From: an uncultured delta proteobacterium | GTDB taxonomy: Bacteria > Desulfobacterota > Binatia > UBA9968 | DNA length: 64,000 bases | Reading direction: 5' to 3' | Assembly: GCA_963745035.1 (NCBI GenBank) | Contig: CAVUVW010000014.1 | Location: 704,001 to 768,000, forward strand | Shown here: piece by piece, positions 9,799 through 20,319 of the stretch | Layout: each line of letters opens with the position of its first letter | Position numbering within the stretch: position 1 is the stretch's first letter | The notes under the pieces: model-generated | Seen by the model: only the letters and a program-made list of their open reading frames with translations | Told to the model about the DNA's origin: nothing | The model's database searches: none | Program-made: the position numbers and the translations under genes

Positions 9799-10682
9799 AC
9801 TGCTCACGACGATTTCTTGCCCTGAGTCTGCTGCTCGTTGTCTCGATAATTGCAGCGGCGCACGTTGTCATCGCGTACGCCGCCTCCACACCCGCCTCAC
9901 GGCGGATCGTGTCGCTGGCACCGAGTGTCACCGAGACGCTCTTTGCCCTCGGTTTCGGCAGCCGGCTGGTGGGCGTGACCACGCATTGCGATTACCCTGC
10001 CGAAGCGCGGAAGATCGCGAAGATCGGCGGCTTCACGAGCCCAAGCCTCGAAGTGATCGTCGCCAAACGGCCGGATCTGGTGATCGGCGTGAGCAGCGCC
10101 ACCGATCCGGTCAAGGCGAGGGAGATGGAACGTCTTGGTCTCAAGGTGACTTTACTTTCGCTGGCGACGGTCGGCGACATTTTGAATTCGATGAGAACGA
10201 TCGCCCGCTTGTTGGGCGATCAGCAAGCCGGTGAAAAACTCGTGAACAAAATCACCGGCCAATTCGATCAAGTAAAAAGCCGGATCGCGGGAGCGCCGCG
10301 CCGCACAACACTGCTGGCGGTGGGGCTCCGCCCATTGGTGGCTGTCGGCGGCAACAACTTCATCGATGAGCTCATCACGTTGGCCGGAGGTGAAAACATC
10401 GCCGGCAACGCCTCTCAGCCCTGGCTCAATCTCCCTGATGAGTATGTGGTCGCCAAAGCGCCACAGGTCATTATCGAAGCCGGCATGGGATCGGAGCGCA
10501 GCGACTCCACGAAGCACTGGATGGATCTCAAGTCCATCCCTGCTGTGAAGGAGTCGCGCGTTTATACCTACCCATCCGATAAAATACTTCGGCCGGGCCC
10601 GCGGATCGGCGAGGGATTGGAGGAGATCGCCCGCCTGGTGCATCCCGAGTGCTTCACAAACTTCAAAGGACGCGGATGTTGA
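9795..10682 (+). CDS. btuF: Cobalamin ABC transporter substrate-binding protein
   Basis: Signal peptide plus RIVSLAPSVTETLFALG, CDYPAEA and RPGPRI; ATGA overlap with cobS. Confidence 0.9.
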   Translation: MNCSRRFLALSLLLVVSIIAAAHVVIAYAASTPASRRIVSLAPSVTETLFALGFGSRLVGVTTHCDYPAEARKIAKIGGFTSPSLEVIVAKRPDLVIGVSSATDPVKAREMERLGLKVTLLSLATVGDILNSMRTIARLLGDQQAGEKLVNKITGQFDQVKSRIAGAPRRTTLLAVGLRPLVAVGGNNFIDELITLAGGENIAGNASQPWLNLPDEYVVAKAPQVIIEAGMGSERSDSTKHWMDLKSIPAVKESRVYTYPSDKILRPGPRIGEGLEEIARLVHPECFTNFKGRGC

Positions 10683-11710
10683 AGGTCCTCGACCGCAGGA
10701 AAATGATTCTGATCAACAGCGCCTTGTTGATCTTGCTGGCGCTGTCTATCGTTGGCTGTGCGCTGCTCGGGCCGGTGCGACTCGACCTTTCGCAAGCCCT
10801 GCACAATCTGGCTTCCGCGGACGCCGAGATATTTTTTCGCGCGCGCCTGCCGCGGGTTCTCTTGGGCGTCGCCATCGGTGGCGGCATGGCGACGTGCGGC
10901 GTCGTGCTTCAAGCGCTGCTCGGTAACCCGCTTGCCTGCCCGCAGATGCTCGGCGTGTCCGGTGGCGCTTCTCTGGGCGGCATTCTGGGGCTGATTTTTT
11001 TTCCGAACTGGCTCCTGCCTGTCGCCGGCGGACTCCTCGGCGAAATCTCCTGGATACCCTTGGCGGCGTTTCTCGGCGCCTTGCTGAGCATGATGTTGGT
11101 TTATCGCTTTTCGCTATTTCATGGACGGCTTCACCCTTATCACCTGCTGCTCTCCGGGGTGATCTTCAATTCCTTCATCGCGGCCATCATCATGTTTCTC
11201 AATTCCATCGTCGATTTCTACCAGGCGCAGGGACTGCTCTTCTGGCTGATGGGCAGCCTATCGACCCGCGCTTATCTCACCGTCGCGTTCATCTGGGCCT
11301 ACATCCTCTTCGGTTTTCTCTGGTTGTGGGCGAAAGGCCTCTCCCTCAATCTGATCACCTTGGGCGAAGAAGCCGCGATGCAACTTGGCGTGGAAACCGG
11401 CGCCTTGCAGCGTCAGGTCTTTGTCGCTTCGTCGCTGATGATCGGCGCCATGGTTTCCGTGAGCGGCATGATCGGCTTTGTCGGACTGATGGTGCCCCAT
11501 GTCATGCGCCTGGTCATCGGCAGCGATCATCGCTTGTTGCTGCCGGCCTCGTTTCTTGCAGGTGGAATTTTCCTCTGCTGGGCGGACACACTGGCCCGTG
11601 TTCTCCTCGCGCCCGCCGAACTGCCCGTGGGCATCGTCACCGCATTTCTCGGTGGCCCGTTTTTTCTTTTTCTGCTCTATCGCGAAGGCAGACGAAAGCT
11701 GGCTCTATGA
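10676..11710 (+). CDS. btuC: Cobalamin ABC transporter permease (FecCD family)
   Basis: Motifs RLPRVLL, NPLA, LGEEAAMQLGV, GFVGLMVPH and ELPVGIVT. Confidence 0.9.
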   Translation: MLKVLDRRKMILINSALLILLALSIVGCALLGPVRLDLSQALHNLASADAEIFFRARLPRVLLGVAIGGGMATCGVVLQALLGNPLACPQMLGVSGGASLGGILGLIFFPNWLLPVAGGLLGEISWIPLAAFLGALLSMMLVYRFSLFHGRLHPYHLLLSGVIFNSFIAAIIMFLNSIVDFYQAQGLLFWLMGSLSTRAYLTVAFIWAYILFGFLWLWAKGLSLNLITLGEEAAMQLGVETGALQRQVFVASSLMIGAMVSVSGMIGFVGLMVPHVMRLVIGSDHRLLLPASFLAGGIFLCWADTLARVLLAPAELPVGIVTAFLGGPFFLFLLYREGRRKLAL

Positions 11711-12489
11711 CTGCGGCCATTCAAACCCGCGACCTGTCGTTCTCCTATAAAGACCGCGCGGTGCTCCACGAGATATCACTCTCGGTCGCAAGCGGCGAGA
11801 TGATCGGCATCGTCGGCCCCAACGGCTCGGGCAAGACCACCTTCCTCAAGATTCTATCGGCGGTCCTACGTGGGCAGGGCGAGGTCGTAATCAATGGCAG
11901 AAATATTGAAAGCTACGGTAGGCGGGAATTGAGCAAGCTCTTCGCCGTCGTGCAGCAAGAACCCCGTGTCAACTTTCCGTTCACCGCAGCGGAAATCGTG
12001 CTCATGGGAAGGGCGAGCCATCACAGCGTTTTCTCCCTCGAAGGAAGGAGAGATCTCGAAGTAGCTCACGCGAGCATGGACCTGACCGATTCTTTCTCGC
12101 TTGCCAATCGTTATCTCCATGAGCTCAGCGGCGGCGAAAAACAGCGCGTGATGATCGCCCGCGCCCTGGCGCAGGAGCCGGAGATTTTCTTGCTCGACGA
12201 GCCTTCCGCCTTCCTCGATCTCAAGCACCAAGTCCAGGTCTTCGAGCTTTTACGCCGGCTCAACCGCGAACGCAGCCTGACCATCGTCGCGGCCCTGCAC
12301 GATCTCAACCTCGCCGCGCTGTTTTTCCCGCGCCTGATTGTCCTGCGCAACGGGCAGATCTACCGCGACGGATCGCCGACTGAAGTTCTCACTGAGGAGA
12401 CCATCGAAGAAGTCTACGGCATTCGGGTCCGCATCGACCGCGATCCCGTCAGCTCAAAACCACAGCTATTTCTAACACTCGCATCCTAA
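11707..12489 (+). CDS. btuD: Cobalamin ABC transporter ATP-binding protein
   Basis: Motifs GPNGSGKT, LSGGEKQR, LLDEPS and HDLNLA; ATGA overlap with btuC. Confidence 0.9.
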   Translation: MTAAIQTRDLSFSYKDRAVLHEISLSVASGEMIGIVGPNGSGKTTFLKILSAVLRGQGEVVINGRNIESYGRRELSKLFAVVQQEPRVNFPFTAAEIVLMGRASHHSVFSLEGRRDLEVAHASMDLTDSFSLANRYLHELSGGEKQRVMIARALAQEPEIFLLDEPSAFLDLKHQVQVFELLRRLNRERSLTIVAALHDLNLAALFFPRLIVLRNGQIYRDGSPTEVLTEETIEEVYGIRVRIDRDPVSSKPQLFLTLAS

Positions 12490-12498
12490 ATCACCCGG

Positions 12499-13650
12499 CT
12501 AACGGTTCGCCTTGCGATACCCCAAAGCGTCCTGGGCGATGATCATCTTCTGCACGTTCGAGGAGCCTTCGACGATCTGGTAGGACTTGGCGTCGCGGTA
12601 GTAGCGCTCGACGGGAAACTCGGTCGAGTAGCCGTAGGCGCCGAGAATTTTCATCGCGGCGTCGGCGGCGAAGTTGGCGGCTTCAGCGGCCGTGTATTTG
12701 GCGATGGAAGTTTCGAGGTTATTCGGTTTTTTTTGATCCGCCAGCCAAGCGGCGCGGTAGACGAGCAGCCGCGCCGCTTCTTCGTGGACGATCATCTGCG
12801 CGATGAGATCCTGATTCATCTGAAACTCGCCGATTTTCTGCCCGAACTGCGCGCGCTGATTGCAATAATTCACGGCCGCTTCCTTGGCCGCGCGCGCCAC
12901 TCCCAGTGCTCCGGCGGCGCAGTTGAGCCGCGTTTGATTGAGCTGCCACATGCAGACCTTGAATCCGTCGCCTTCGTTGCCGAGGCGATTCGCCGCCGGA
13001 ATGCGAAAATTCTCGAAGGTCAGTTCGCCCAGCGGCGAGCAGTGTGCGCCCATGGTTTCAAGCGTCCTGCGGGTCAAGCCCGGCTCCTTCCAATCGGCAA
13101 AGAACGCGCTCATGCCGCGATGCTTCTGGGTCTTATCGGTGTAGGCATAAACCAGCCCGCCGTTTGTTACCGGACCGTTGGAGATCCAGAGCTTGCCGCC
13201 GTTCAGCAGATAGTTATCGCCGCTCCGCGTCGCCGTCGTGCGCATGGCCGCAACGTCGGAGCCGGCGTCGGATTCCGTGATCGCGAAGCATCCGATGGTT
13301 TCTCCGGAAACCAATCCCGGGATGAATTTCTTTTTTTGTTCCTCCGTACCGAACTGAAGCACGGTCACCGCCGGCCCGATCTGCATGTTGATCGCCACGC
13401 GCATGGCGCTGTGTGCCCGCGCGATCTCTTCGGTGACCAGCACCATGGCGAGAAAGCCGAGGCCGTTGCCGCCGTAACTTTCCGGAATCATGGTGCCGTA
13501 GAAACCCAGTTCGCCCATCTTCTTGACCAGATCGGCGCGGAAGTTTTTCTCCTTGTCGTCTTTCGCCGCGCTCGGCGCGATTTCCTTCTCGGCGAACTCC
13601 CGCGCCACGTCGCGCACCGCGATCAACTCTTCCGATAGCTCAAAGTCCAT
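12499..13650 (-). CDS. Acyl-CoA dehydrogenase resembling non-decarboxylating glutaryl-CoA dehydrogenase (Acd)
   Basis: ACAD motifs (FAITESDAGSD, QFGQKIGEFQMNQD, LGAYGYSTE, VEGSSN) and the C-terminus LGYRKANR recall Desulfococcus multivorans Acd (comparison from memory). Confidence 0.8.
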   Translation of the reverse strand: MDFELSEELIAVRDVAREFAEKEIAPSAAKDDKEKNFRADLVKKMGELGFYGTMIPESYGGNGLGFLAMVLVTEEIARAHSAMRVAINMQIGPAVTVLQFGTEEQKKKFIPGLVSGETIGCFAITESDAGSDVAAMRTTATRSGDNYLLNGGKLWISNGPVTNGGLVYAYTDKTQKHRGMSAFFADWKEPGLTRRTLETMGAHCSPLGELTFENFRIPAANRLGNEGDGFKVCMWQLNQTRLNCAAGALGVARAAKEAAVNYCNQRAQFGQKIGEFQMNQDLIAQMIVHEEAARLLVYRAAWLADQKKPNNLETSIAKYTAAEAANFAADAAMKILGAYGYSTEFPVERYYRDAKSYQIVEGSSNVQKMIIAQDALGYRKANR

Positions 13651-13705
13651 TCTACCCCCAAGGAGGTAATAGGCACGCGCCAACGCGCATCAGTACCGAT
13701 TTTCG

Positions 13706-13733
13706 CTGTTGCCTATTGCCTGTTGCCTGTTGC
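13706..13733. repeat. Heptamer tandem repeat (CTRTTGC)x4
   Basis: CTGTTGC-CTATTGC-CTGTTGC-CTGTTGC overlaps the stop codon of the adjacent ACAD. Confidence 0.75.
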
Positions 13734-14885
13734 CTTCAGCAATTCCCGCGCAATGATCACCTTCTGAATTTCCGAGGTGCCTTCGTAAATGCGCAAAGCG
13801 CGCACGTCGCGGTAGAGCCGTTCCATGATGCTGCCCGCGACCAAACCGGCGGCGCCGTGAATTTGCAGCGCCTGGTCGACGATGCGCTGCGCCGCTTCGG
13901 TCGCGTAGAGCTTCGCCATCGATGATGCCAGTTTGGCCTTCGCTGCCGGCGCAATCGAGCGCCCACGCCGCTTGATAGACCAACAAGCGTGCCGCTTCCA
14001 ATTCCGTGGCCATCTCGGCGAGCTTGAATTCGATGCCTTGAAACTCGCCGATCGCGCGGCCAAATTGACGTCGGGTCCGGCTGCGACCAATCGCCTCGTC
14101 GAGCGCGCGCTGGGCCAAGCCGACGGCCGCCGCGCCCACCGTGCATCGCAAAAGATCGAGTGTGGCAAAAGCGATCTGCAACCCCGCCCCTTCCGCGCCG
14201 AGTAAGGCGTCGCTCTCGATGATGCAGTCGGTAAATTCAATCACGCCTATCGGATGCGGCGAAAGCAATTCCGTATTCTCTTTGATCGTCATGCCTGGCG
14301 TGCCGGCTTGTAGCAAAAATGCGCTGATGCCTTTTCCCTTCCTTTCAGGGGCGGTCGAGGCGAAGACAACGTAGAAATCCGCGATGCCCGCGTTGGAAAT
14401 GAAACATTTGATCCCGCTCATCGAAAAACTCGCCGTCGCGCCGCATCGCGCGCGTTTGCATCGACGCCGCGTCCGAGCCGGCTTCCGGCTCGGTGAGCGC
14501 AAACGCCGCGATCGCCGCCCCGCTCGCCGCATCGCCCAGATAGCGGCGCTTTTGCGCGGCGCTGCCGAAACGCGCGATCGGATAGCCGCCCAACGCCTGG
14601 AGGGCCAACATCGTATCCGCCAAGGCATCGCCGCGCGCGAGCTCTTCGCGCAGAATGCACAGATCGCGCGCTTGAATCGCGTCGCGCGCGCCGCCGAATT
14701 GCCGTGGCACGACGAATTTAAGAAACTCTGCCGCGCCCAAGTCGCGGACGAGCTCGAACCGCGCGCCGCTCGACCGGCTTTTCAGGATTAGCCGGAGCAA
14801 AAAGATTCTCCTCGGCCCATTTGCGCGCGCGCGCACGTAAAGCGGCATGATCGTCATCGAAGAAGGGCGGCATGCGGTGGGCCAT
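13713..14885 (-). CDS. Acyl-CoA dehydrogenase (frameshifted)
   Basis: Starts [13 protein letters not shown] directly after the hydratase TAA. Motifs [25 protein letters not shown] and [19 protein letters not shown] are spread over several frames. Confidence 0.85.
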
Positions 14886-15681
14886 TTACGGCTGGTTGAA
14901 CTTCGGTGCGCGCTTCTCGACAAAAGCGCGGTAACCTTCCTGAAAATCCGCCGACTGCATCAGGCGGGCTTGCTCGGCGGCTTCCAGATCCAGAGCCTGG
15001 AGCAAATCCATGTCGGCTTCGCGATCGAGGAGGTCTTTGGTAATGCCCAACGCTTGAAGCGGTCCGTTTTTGAGCTTGCGCGCGAGGGCGTAACATTCAT
15101 CGATCAGCTTGTCGTGCGGCAAAACGCGGTTGGCGAGACCGATGCGCAGGCACTCCGCCGCATCGATTGTGTCCCCGGTAAAGAGCAGCTCCGCGGCCCG
15201 GCCTTGGCCGACGATCCGAGGCAATAAGTAACAAGCGCCCATGTCCGCCCCGGACAGACCGACCTTGGCGAAGAGAAAAGCGAACTTGGCGCGATCGGAA
15301 AGAATGCGGATATCGCTCGCGAGCGCGAGCATCGCGCCCGCGCCCGCGGCGATGCCGTTGACCGCCGCGATGATCGGTTTTTTGAGACTGCGCATGTTCC
15401 TCACGACATCGCAGGTCAGCCGGGTAAAGCGCTGCTGTTCTTCGGGGTTCATCGCGATCAATTTACCGATGATCTCGTGGACGCTGCCGCCGGAGCAAAA
15501 ACCCTTGCCGGTGCCGGTGAGCACGATTACTTTAGCCGCGGAATCGTTCGCCAGCACCGCGAAAACCCGTTCCAATTCGGCGTAGGTCTCGAACGTAAGC
15601 GCATTCAAACGATCCGGATCATTGAGCCGAATCGTCGCGACGCCGTCGCTCAACCTCATAAATGAAACTCCGATAGTCCAT
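14886..15681 (-). CDS. Enoyl-CoA hydratase / isomerase (one frameshift near the start)
   Basis: Motifs RLNALTFETY, FCSGG, AAVNGIAAGAG, GLSGADMGA and AFVEKRAP. Confidence 0.9.
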
Positions 15682-15723
15682 TATCAAACTTTTCGCCGCA
15701 CCGTTCGAACGCTGCGACTTAGA

Positions 15724-15756
15724 TCACTCCAACACTCCAGTAATACATTACTCCAT
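15724..15756. repeat. Short intergenic repeat with an ACTCCA core
   Basis: CACTCCAA-CACTCCAG..TACTCCA. Confidence 0.5.
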
Positions 15757-15761
15757 TCGGA

Positions 15762-16544
15762 TCATGCCATCACCGCCCCGCCGTCGACGTGGACTGCCTG
15801 ACCGGTCATACCGGCGAGTTTTTCAGAGGCAATCAGCAGTGCAAGCGACGCTACTTCGTCGGTTCCAATCAAACGATTCTGCGGCGCGCTGGCGGCAAAT
15901 AATTTGATGATATCTGCAACACTCTTGGCGGTTTTCGCCGCCATGATCTTGGCGTTCTCGTAGGTGCGCTCGTCGTCGATATAGCCCGGACAAACCGCAT
16001 TGACGGTAATGCCATCGCGCGCGGTCTCCAAGCGCCAGCGCACGCGTAAGCCCTAACAGCCCATGCTTCGAGGCGGTGTACGCGGTCGCATGGCGGTAGC
16101 CGACTTTCGCTGCGGTCGATGCGATGTTGATGATCCTTCCCCATTTTGCTTGCACCATCGCCGGCAAGAAGACTTTGCAGCAATTGTAAGCGCCGGTCAG
16201 GTTTACTGCCAAAGTCTCGTCCCAAAGATCGTCCGGCATGTCAGAAAAGCTTACAGCCCGGGCGATACCGGCGTTGTTGATGAGAATCTGCACATCGCCC
16301 CAGCGCGCTTTTATCTCTTCGCCGAGACTCCGCACTTGATCTCGGCGAGAGATATCATACGGCAAGGCAAGCACCTGCGCGCCGTTTTCACCTATCTTTT
16401 CAGCCGCGGCGTCGAGTCTGTTTCGGTCGCGCGCGGTGATCACGACCCGGCTGTTCTGCCCGGGCAAACGCCTCGGCGAGCGCTTGCACCGAGACCGCCG
16501 CTCCCCCCGGTGATCAGCACAATTTTGTGCCGCAGATCGATCAT
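15762..16544 (-). CDS. SDR family oxidoreductase (frameshifted)
   Basis: Motifs MIDLRHKIVLITGGSGGLG, NNAGI, YTASKHG, VNAVCPGYID and VDGG. Confidence 0.88.
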
Positions 16545-16658
16545 CGGCAAAAAGAATATCATATCCCCAGCGCGAAAACGCAATCGCCGGAGCAGAGCGC
16601 TTGCTTCCCGATGAACTTTTCGGTAAAGGGAGCGCAGCTTTTTTCCTGGAGGCCTACT

Positions 16659-17733
16659 GTGAAGTTCTCAGCGGCCGTGCTGATGAGCTGTCTGGCGCTC
16701 TTGCCTGCGGCGCTGCGCCGCCCAAGAAAAGACCATCGCCCCATCGTCGTTTACCTGGCGAGACGCGCTACCGGAGGCAGGGGACACGGAGCTTGACCGG
16801 CTCAATCGAGCTTTCGTCCAACTTGCCAATCACTCACGGCCGGCCATCGTGCAAATTCGCACGACAGGTCCGGAATCGAAAAGCGCAGCGGTGCCGGCGC
16901 TCGGCAGCCGCGGTTCCGGGTTCATCATCGATCCTCGGGGCTACATCCTGACCGCGCATCACGTCATCGACAAAGCCAAAGAGATCGAGATCAGACTCGC
17001 GGACACCCGGCGGATGGCCGCGCACGTCGTTGCCGCGGACGCCCAGATCGATCTGGCCATTCTTCGAATTCACGCCGAGCGTGAACTGCCTGTCCTATCG
17101 TTGGGCGACTCCGATGCGATCCGCGTCGGCGATCTAGCGTTGGTTTTCGGCTATCCGTTCGGCCGCGAAAGCTCGATGAATATGGGCATCGTTAGCCGCG
17201 CGGGTCGATCCTTCCCCGACTCGGCAAGTTTTGAGTTCATTCAAACCGATGCCGGCGGCTATCCCGGAGGGAGCGGCGGCCCACTGCTCAACAGCAAGGG
17301 GCACGTCATCGGCATGATCACCATGGCGTCGGAGCGCGGCAATATGGGCTTTGCAACGCCGATCAACGTGATCAAGCGCATCGTACCCCGTCTGGCGAAC
17401 GGCGAAAAATTCGCCTGGGGATGGCTTGGCGTGCAGATGTCCGACATTTCCATCGAGCAGGCTACCAGTCTCGGGATCTTTCCAGTGAAGGGCGTTGTCG
17501 TCAGCTCGGTTTTGCCGGGCCAGCCGGCGGCCCGCGGCGGCGTGCAGAAACAAGACGTCATTCTCTCGGTGAACGACACTCAGGTCGACAGCCCGCGCGA
17601 TGTCACGCGCATGATCGGCGGCTTGGAGGCCGGCAAAGTGGTGCAGCTGACGATTCTGCGCAAAGGGAAAACCGTGCAGCTTTCGGTGCCGCTCGGCGCC
17701 AAGCCGGAATCCACCAAGGCTCGCGAAGGCTAA
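16659..17733 (+). CDS. HtrA family trypsin-like protease with one PDZ domain (N-terminus frameshifted)
   Basis: GTG follows GGAGG. Motifs GSGFII, LTAHHV, DLAIL and TDAGGYPGGSGGPL, then a PDZ (WLGV..GQPAARGG). Confidence 0.85.
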
Positions 17734-20197
17734 GGAGCGCGCTCGGGCGCATTCGAGTTTCTTGACTCCGCATTGGCGCCGGCGATTTTTTTCTGCTGCT
17801 CAGTGAATTGCCGGAGTTTTTGTTCGACCCGCTCATTGACCGATCCTTCGGCGTATTTGCCAGCCTCATCACGTTTGCCCGCCGGAATGCCGGTCAAAAT
17901 CTCAATCCCCTCATCGATTGTGCCGACGGCATAGACGCGAAATTTGCCGGCCTTGACGGCTTCGACGACGTCCGGGCGCAGCATGAGATTTCGCGTGTTG
18001 GCGCGCGGGATCATGACGCCCTGGGCGCCGTTCAAACCTTTGAGTCGGCAGACATCGTAATGCCCTTCGATCTTTTGGTTGACGCCGCCGATCGCCTGTA
18101 CTTCGCCGTTTTGATTGACCGAGCCTGTGACTGCGATCCCCTGCTTGATCGGGATTTCCGAGAGGCTCGACAAAATCGCGTAGAGCTCCGTGGAGGACGC
18201 GCTATCGCCGTCGACGCCGTCATAGGATTGCTCGAAACAGACGGTGCTCGAAAGTGAAAGCGGGCTCTCCTGGGCGTACTTGCCGCCGAGGTAGCCGCCG
18301 AGAATCAACACGCCTTTGTCGTGGCTCTTGCCGCTCATTTTAGATTCGCGCTCGATGTTGACGATGCCGCCGCGTCCCATGAAAGTTTTCGCGGTGATGC
18401 GCGACGGTTTGCCGAAGCTGAAATCGCCCATTTGATACACCGCCAACCCGTTCACCTGCCCGACGGTCGCGCCGTCGACGTCGACCAGGATGGTTCCTTC
18501 GGCAATGAGTTCTTGCAGGTGCTTTTCGATCAGGTTGAGCCGAAAGGTTTTTTCGACGACCGCGCGCTCGACATGCCTTCCTGAAACCAGTTCGGCCTTT
18601 TCCTTTTCCGCCCAGTAATTCGACTCGATCAGCAAGTCGACCATCTCGCTGAAGCGCGCCGAGAACTTGTTTTGATCTTCTACCTTTCGCGCGCCCTGCT
18701 CGATGATGCGCGCTACCGCTTCCGTATCGAAATGACGCAACCCTTCGCGATTGCAGTAGTCGCTGATGAAACAAGCTAACGCAGTGATATTTTCTTCTGT
18801 CCGGTCGATCTCAAAGTTGAAATCGGCTTTGACTTTGAAAGTCTCGCGGAAATCGGGATCCACGGCTGCCAAGGTTCGATAGAGATTCGGATCGCCGATC
18901 ATAATGACTTTGGTGTCGGTAGGGATCGGTTCCGGACGAAGCCCCTGGGGCGGCACAAAGCCGAAGAACGCCCCGGGCTCCTCGATGCGCAGCTCGCGGT
19001 TCTTGATGACGCGCTGCAGCGCCTCCCAGACTCCCGAGTTGGAAAGCACGTCGCGATCGTAGAGCACCAGATAGCCGCCGTTGGCGCGGCTGATGGAACC
19101 GGCTTTGATCAGCGTGAAGTCCGTCACGTAACCGCCGACGATCGGCTTCTTTTCGATCACGCCGAACAAATTGTGATAGGTGGGATTGGTTTCGACGATA
19201 ATCGGCGGCCCCTGCGTGTCGCTGTTGTCGACGAACACGTTGACTCGGTACGGCAAAAACGGATCGCCCGGCGGCTCGCCGCCCGGCATCGGTCCCATCG
19301 GCGTCATCACCGGCGCCGCTTCGGCGCCCTTGAAGCGCTGGAGATTTTTCAGAATGTGGTCGCGCACGCCGTCGAGATAGGCGAGCACCTTCGGATAATC
19401 GCCGTATTTTTCTTTCAAGTCCGTTAAGGGTATGCGAACGAGGTAATCCGCCGCCCGGGTCTCCGCGGCTTCGAGTTTCTCGGCGATCTCGCGCTCGAGC
19501 TTTTTACCGTCGCGCAAAGTGGCTTCGACTTTTTTCTCGAGCTCGGCGCGGCGGTCCTCCAATTGTTTCTTGTCCGCTTCCGCCAGAGCCAGGTAGTCCG
19601 CCTCTTGCATCGGCTTGCCGTCTTTGGTCGGCAGCAGCACGATGCCCGAGGGCGTCATGCGCAAGCGCGAAGCCGTTCTCGGCTCGCTTCCCGCATTAAG
19701 CCTTCCATCATCTCCTGTTGTTCTTTTTGCAGGCGTTCGACCATTTCCTTGCGCTGCTCGGCGTAATCATCGCTCTCGAACATCTTTTTCGCTTCGCGCA
19801 AAAGGTTCTGAACCAGCTGCTCCATGTCCGCCTTGAGAACTTTGCCCCACCCCCGGCGGATCTTGAGCGCTTGCGGGCGATCGGCATCGGTAAAATTGTA
19901 AACGTAACACCAGTCTTCGGGCGTCGGCGAGTCGGCGTCGGCGGCGGCTTGCGCGCTGGTGATTTTCTTGAGAAATGCTTTGATGATGCTGGTCTTGCCG
20001 GTCCCGGTAAGGCCGGTGACGAAAATATTGAAGCCGGGTTTGTTCACGCCGAGGCCGAATTCGATGGCGCGGATCGCCCGTTCCTGGCCGATGAAATCTT
20101 CGAGCGGCGTCATTTCCGCCGTACAGGTAAACGGCAGATAGGACAGATCGCAGCGCCAAGCGAGCTTGTCGTGCGGCACTTCGAACGGATGGCTCAT
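17730..20197 (-). CDS. Lon-like protease, LonB/LonC type (frameshift near 19670)
   Basis: Motifs IGQERA, GLTGTGKT and KAGSISRANGG, with the Ser-Lys dyad DGDSAS / GGVNQKIEG. Confidence 0.9.
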
Positions 20198-20284
20198 CGC
20201 GAAACCTCTCGTAAATTGAGTTAGGGCAGAGAATAGGGTCTCGCTCGCGGCGCGTCAACTCCTGAAGCTCGCAAGAACGCGCTA

Positions 20285-20313
20285 TTGAACGCCCGGTACG
20301 CGCTCTCTATAAT
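20285..20313 (+). promoter_or_regulatory. Sigma70-type promoter, probably leaderless
   Basis: TTGAAC-17 nt-TATAAT, ending 6 nt before ATG 20320, with no SD. Confidence 0.65.
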
Positions 20314-20319
20314 CTCCCA

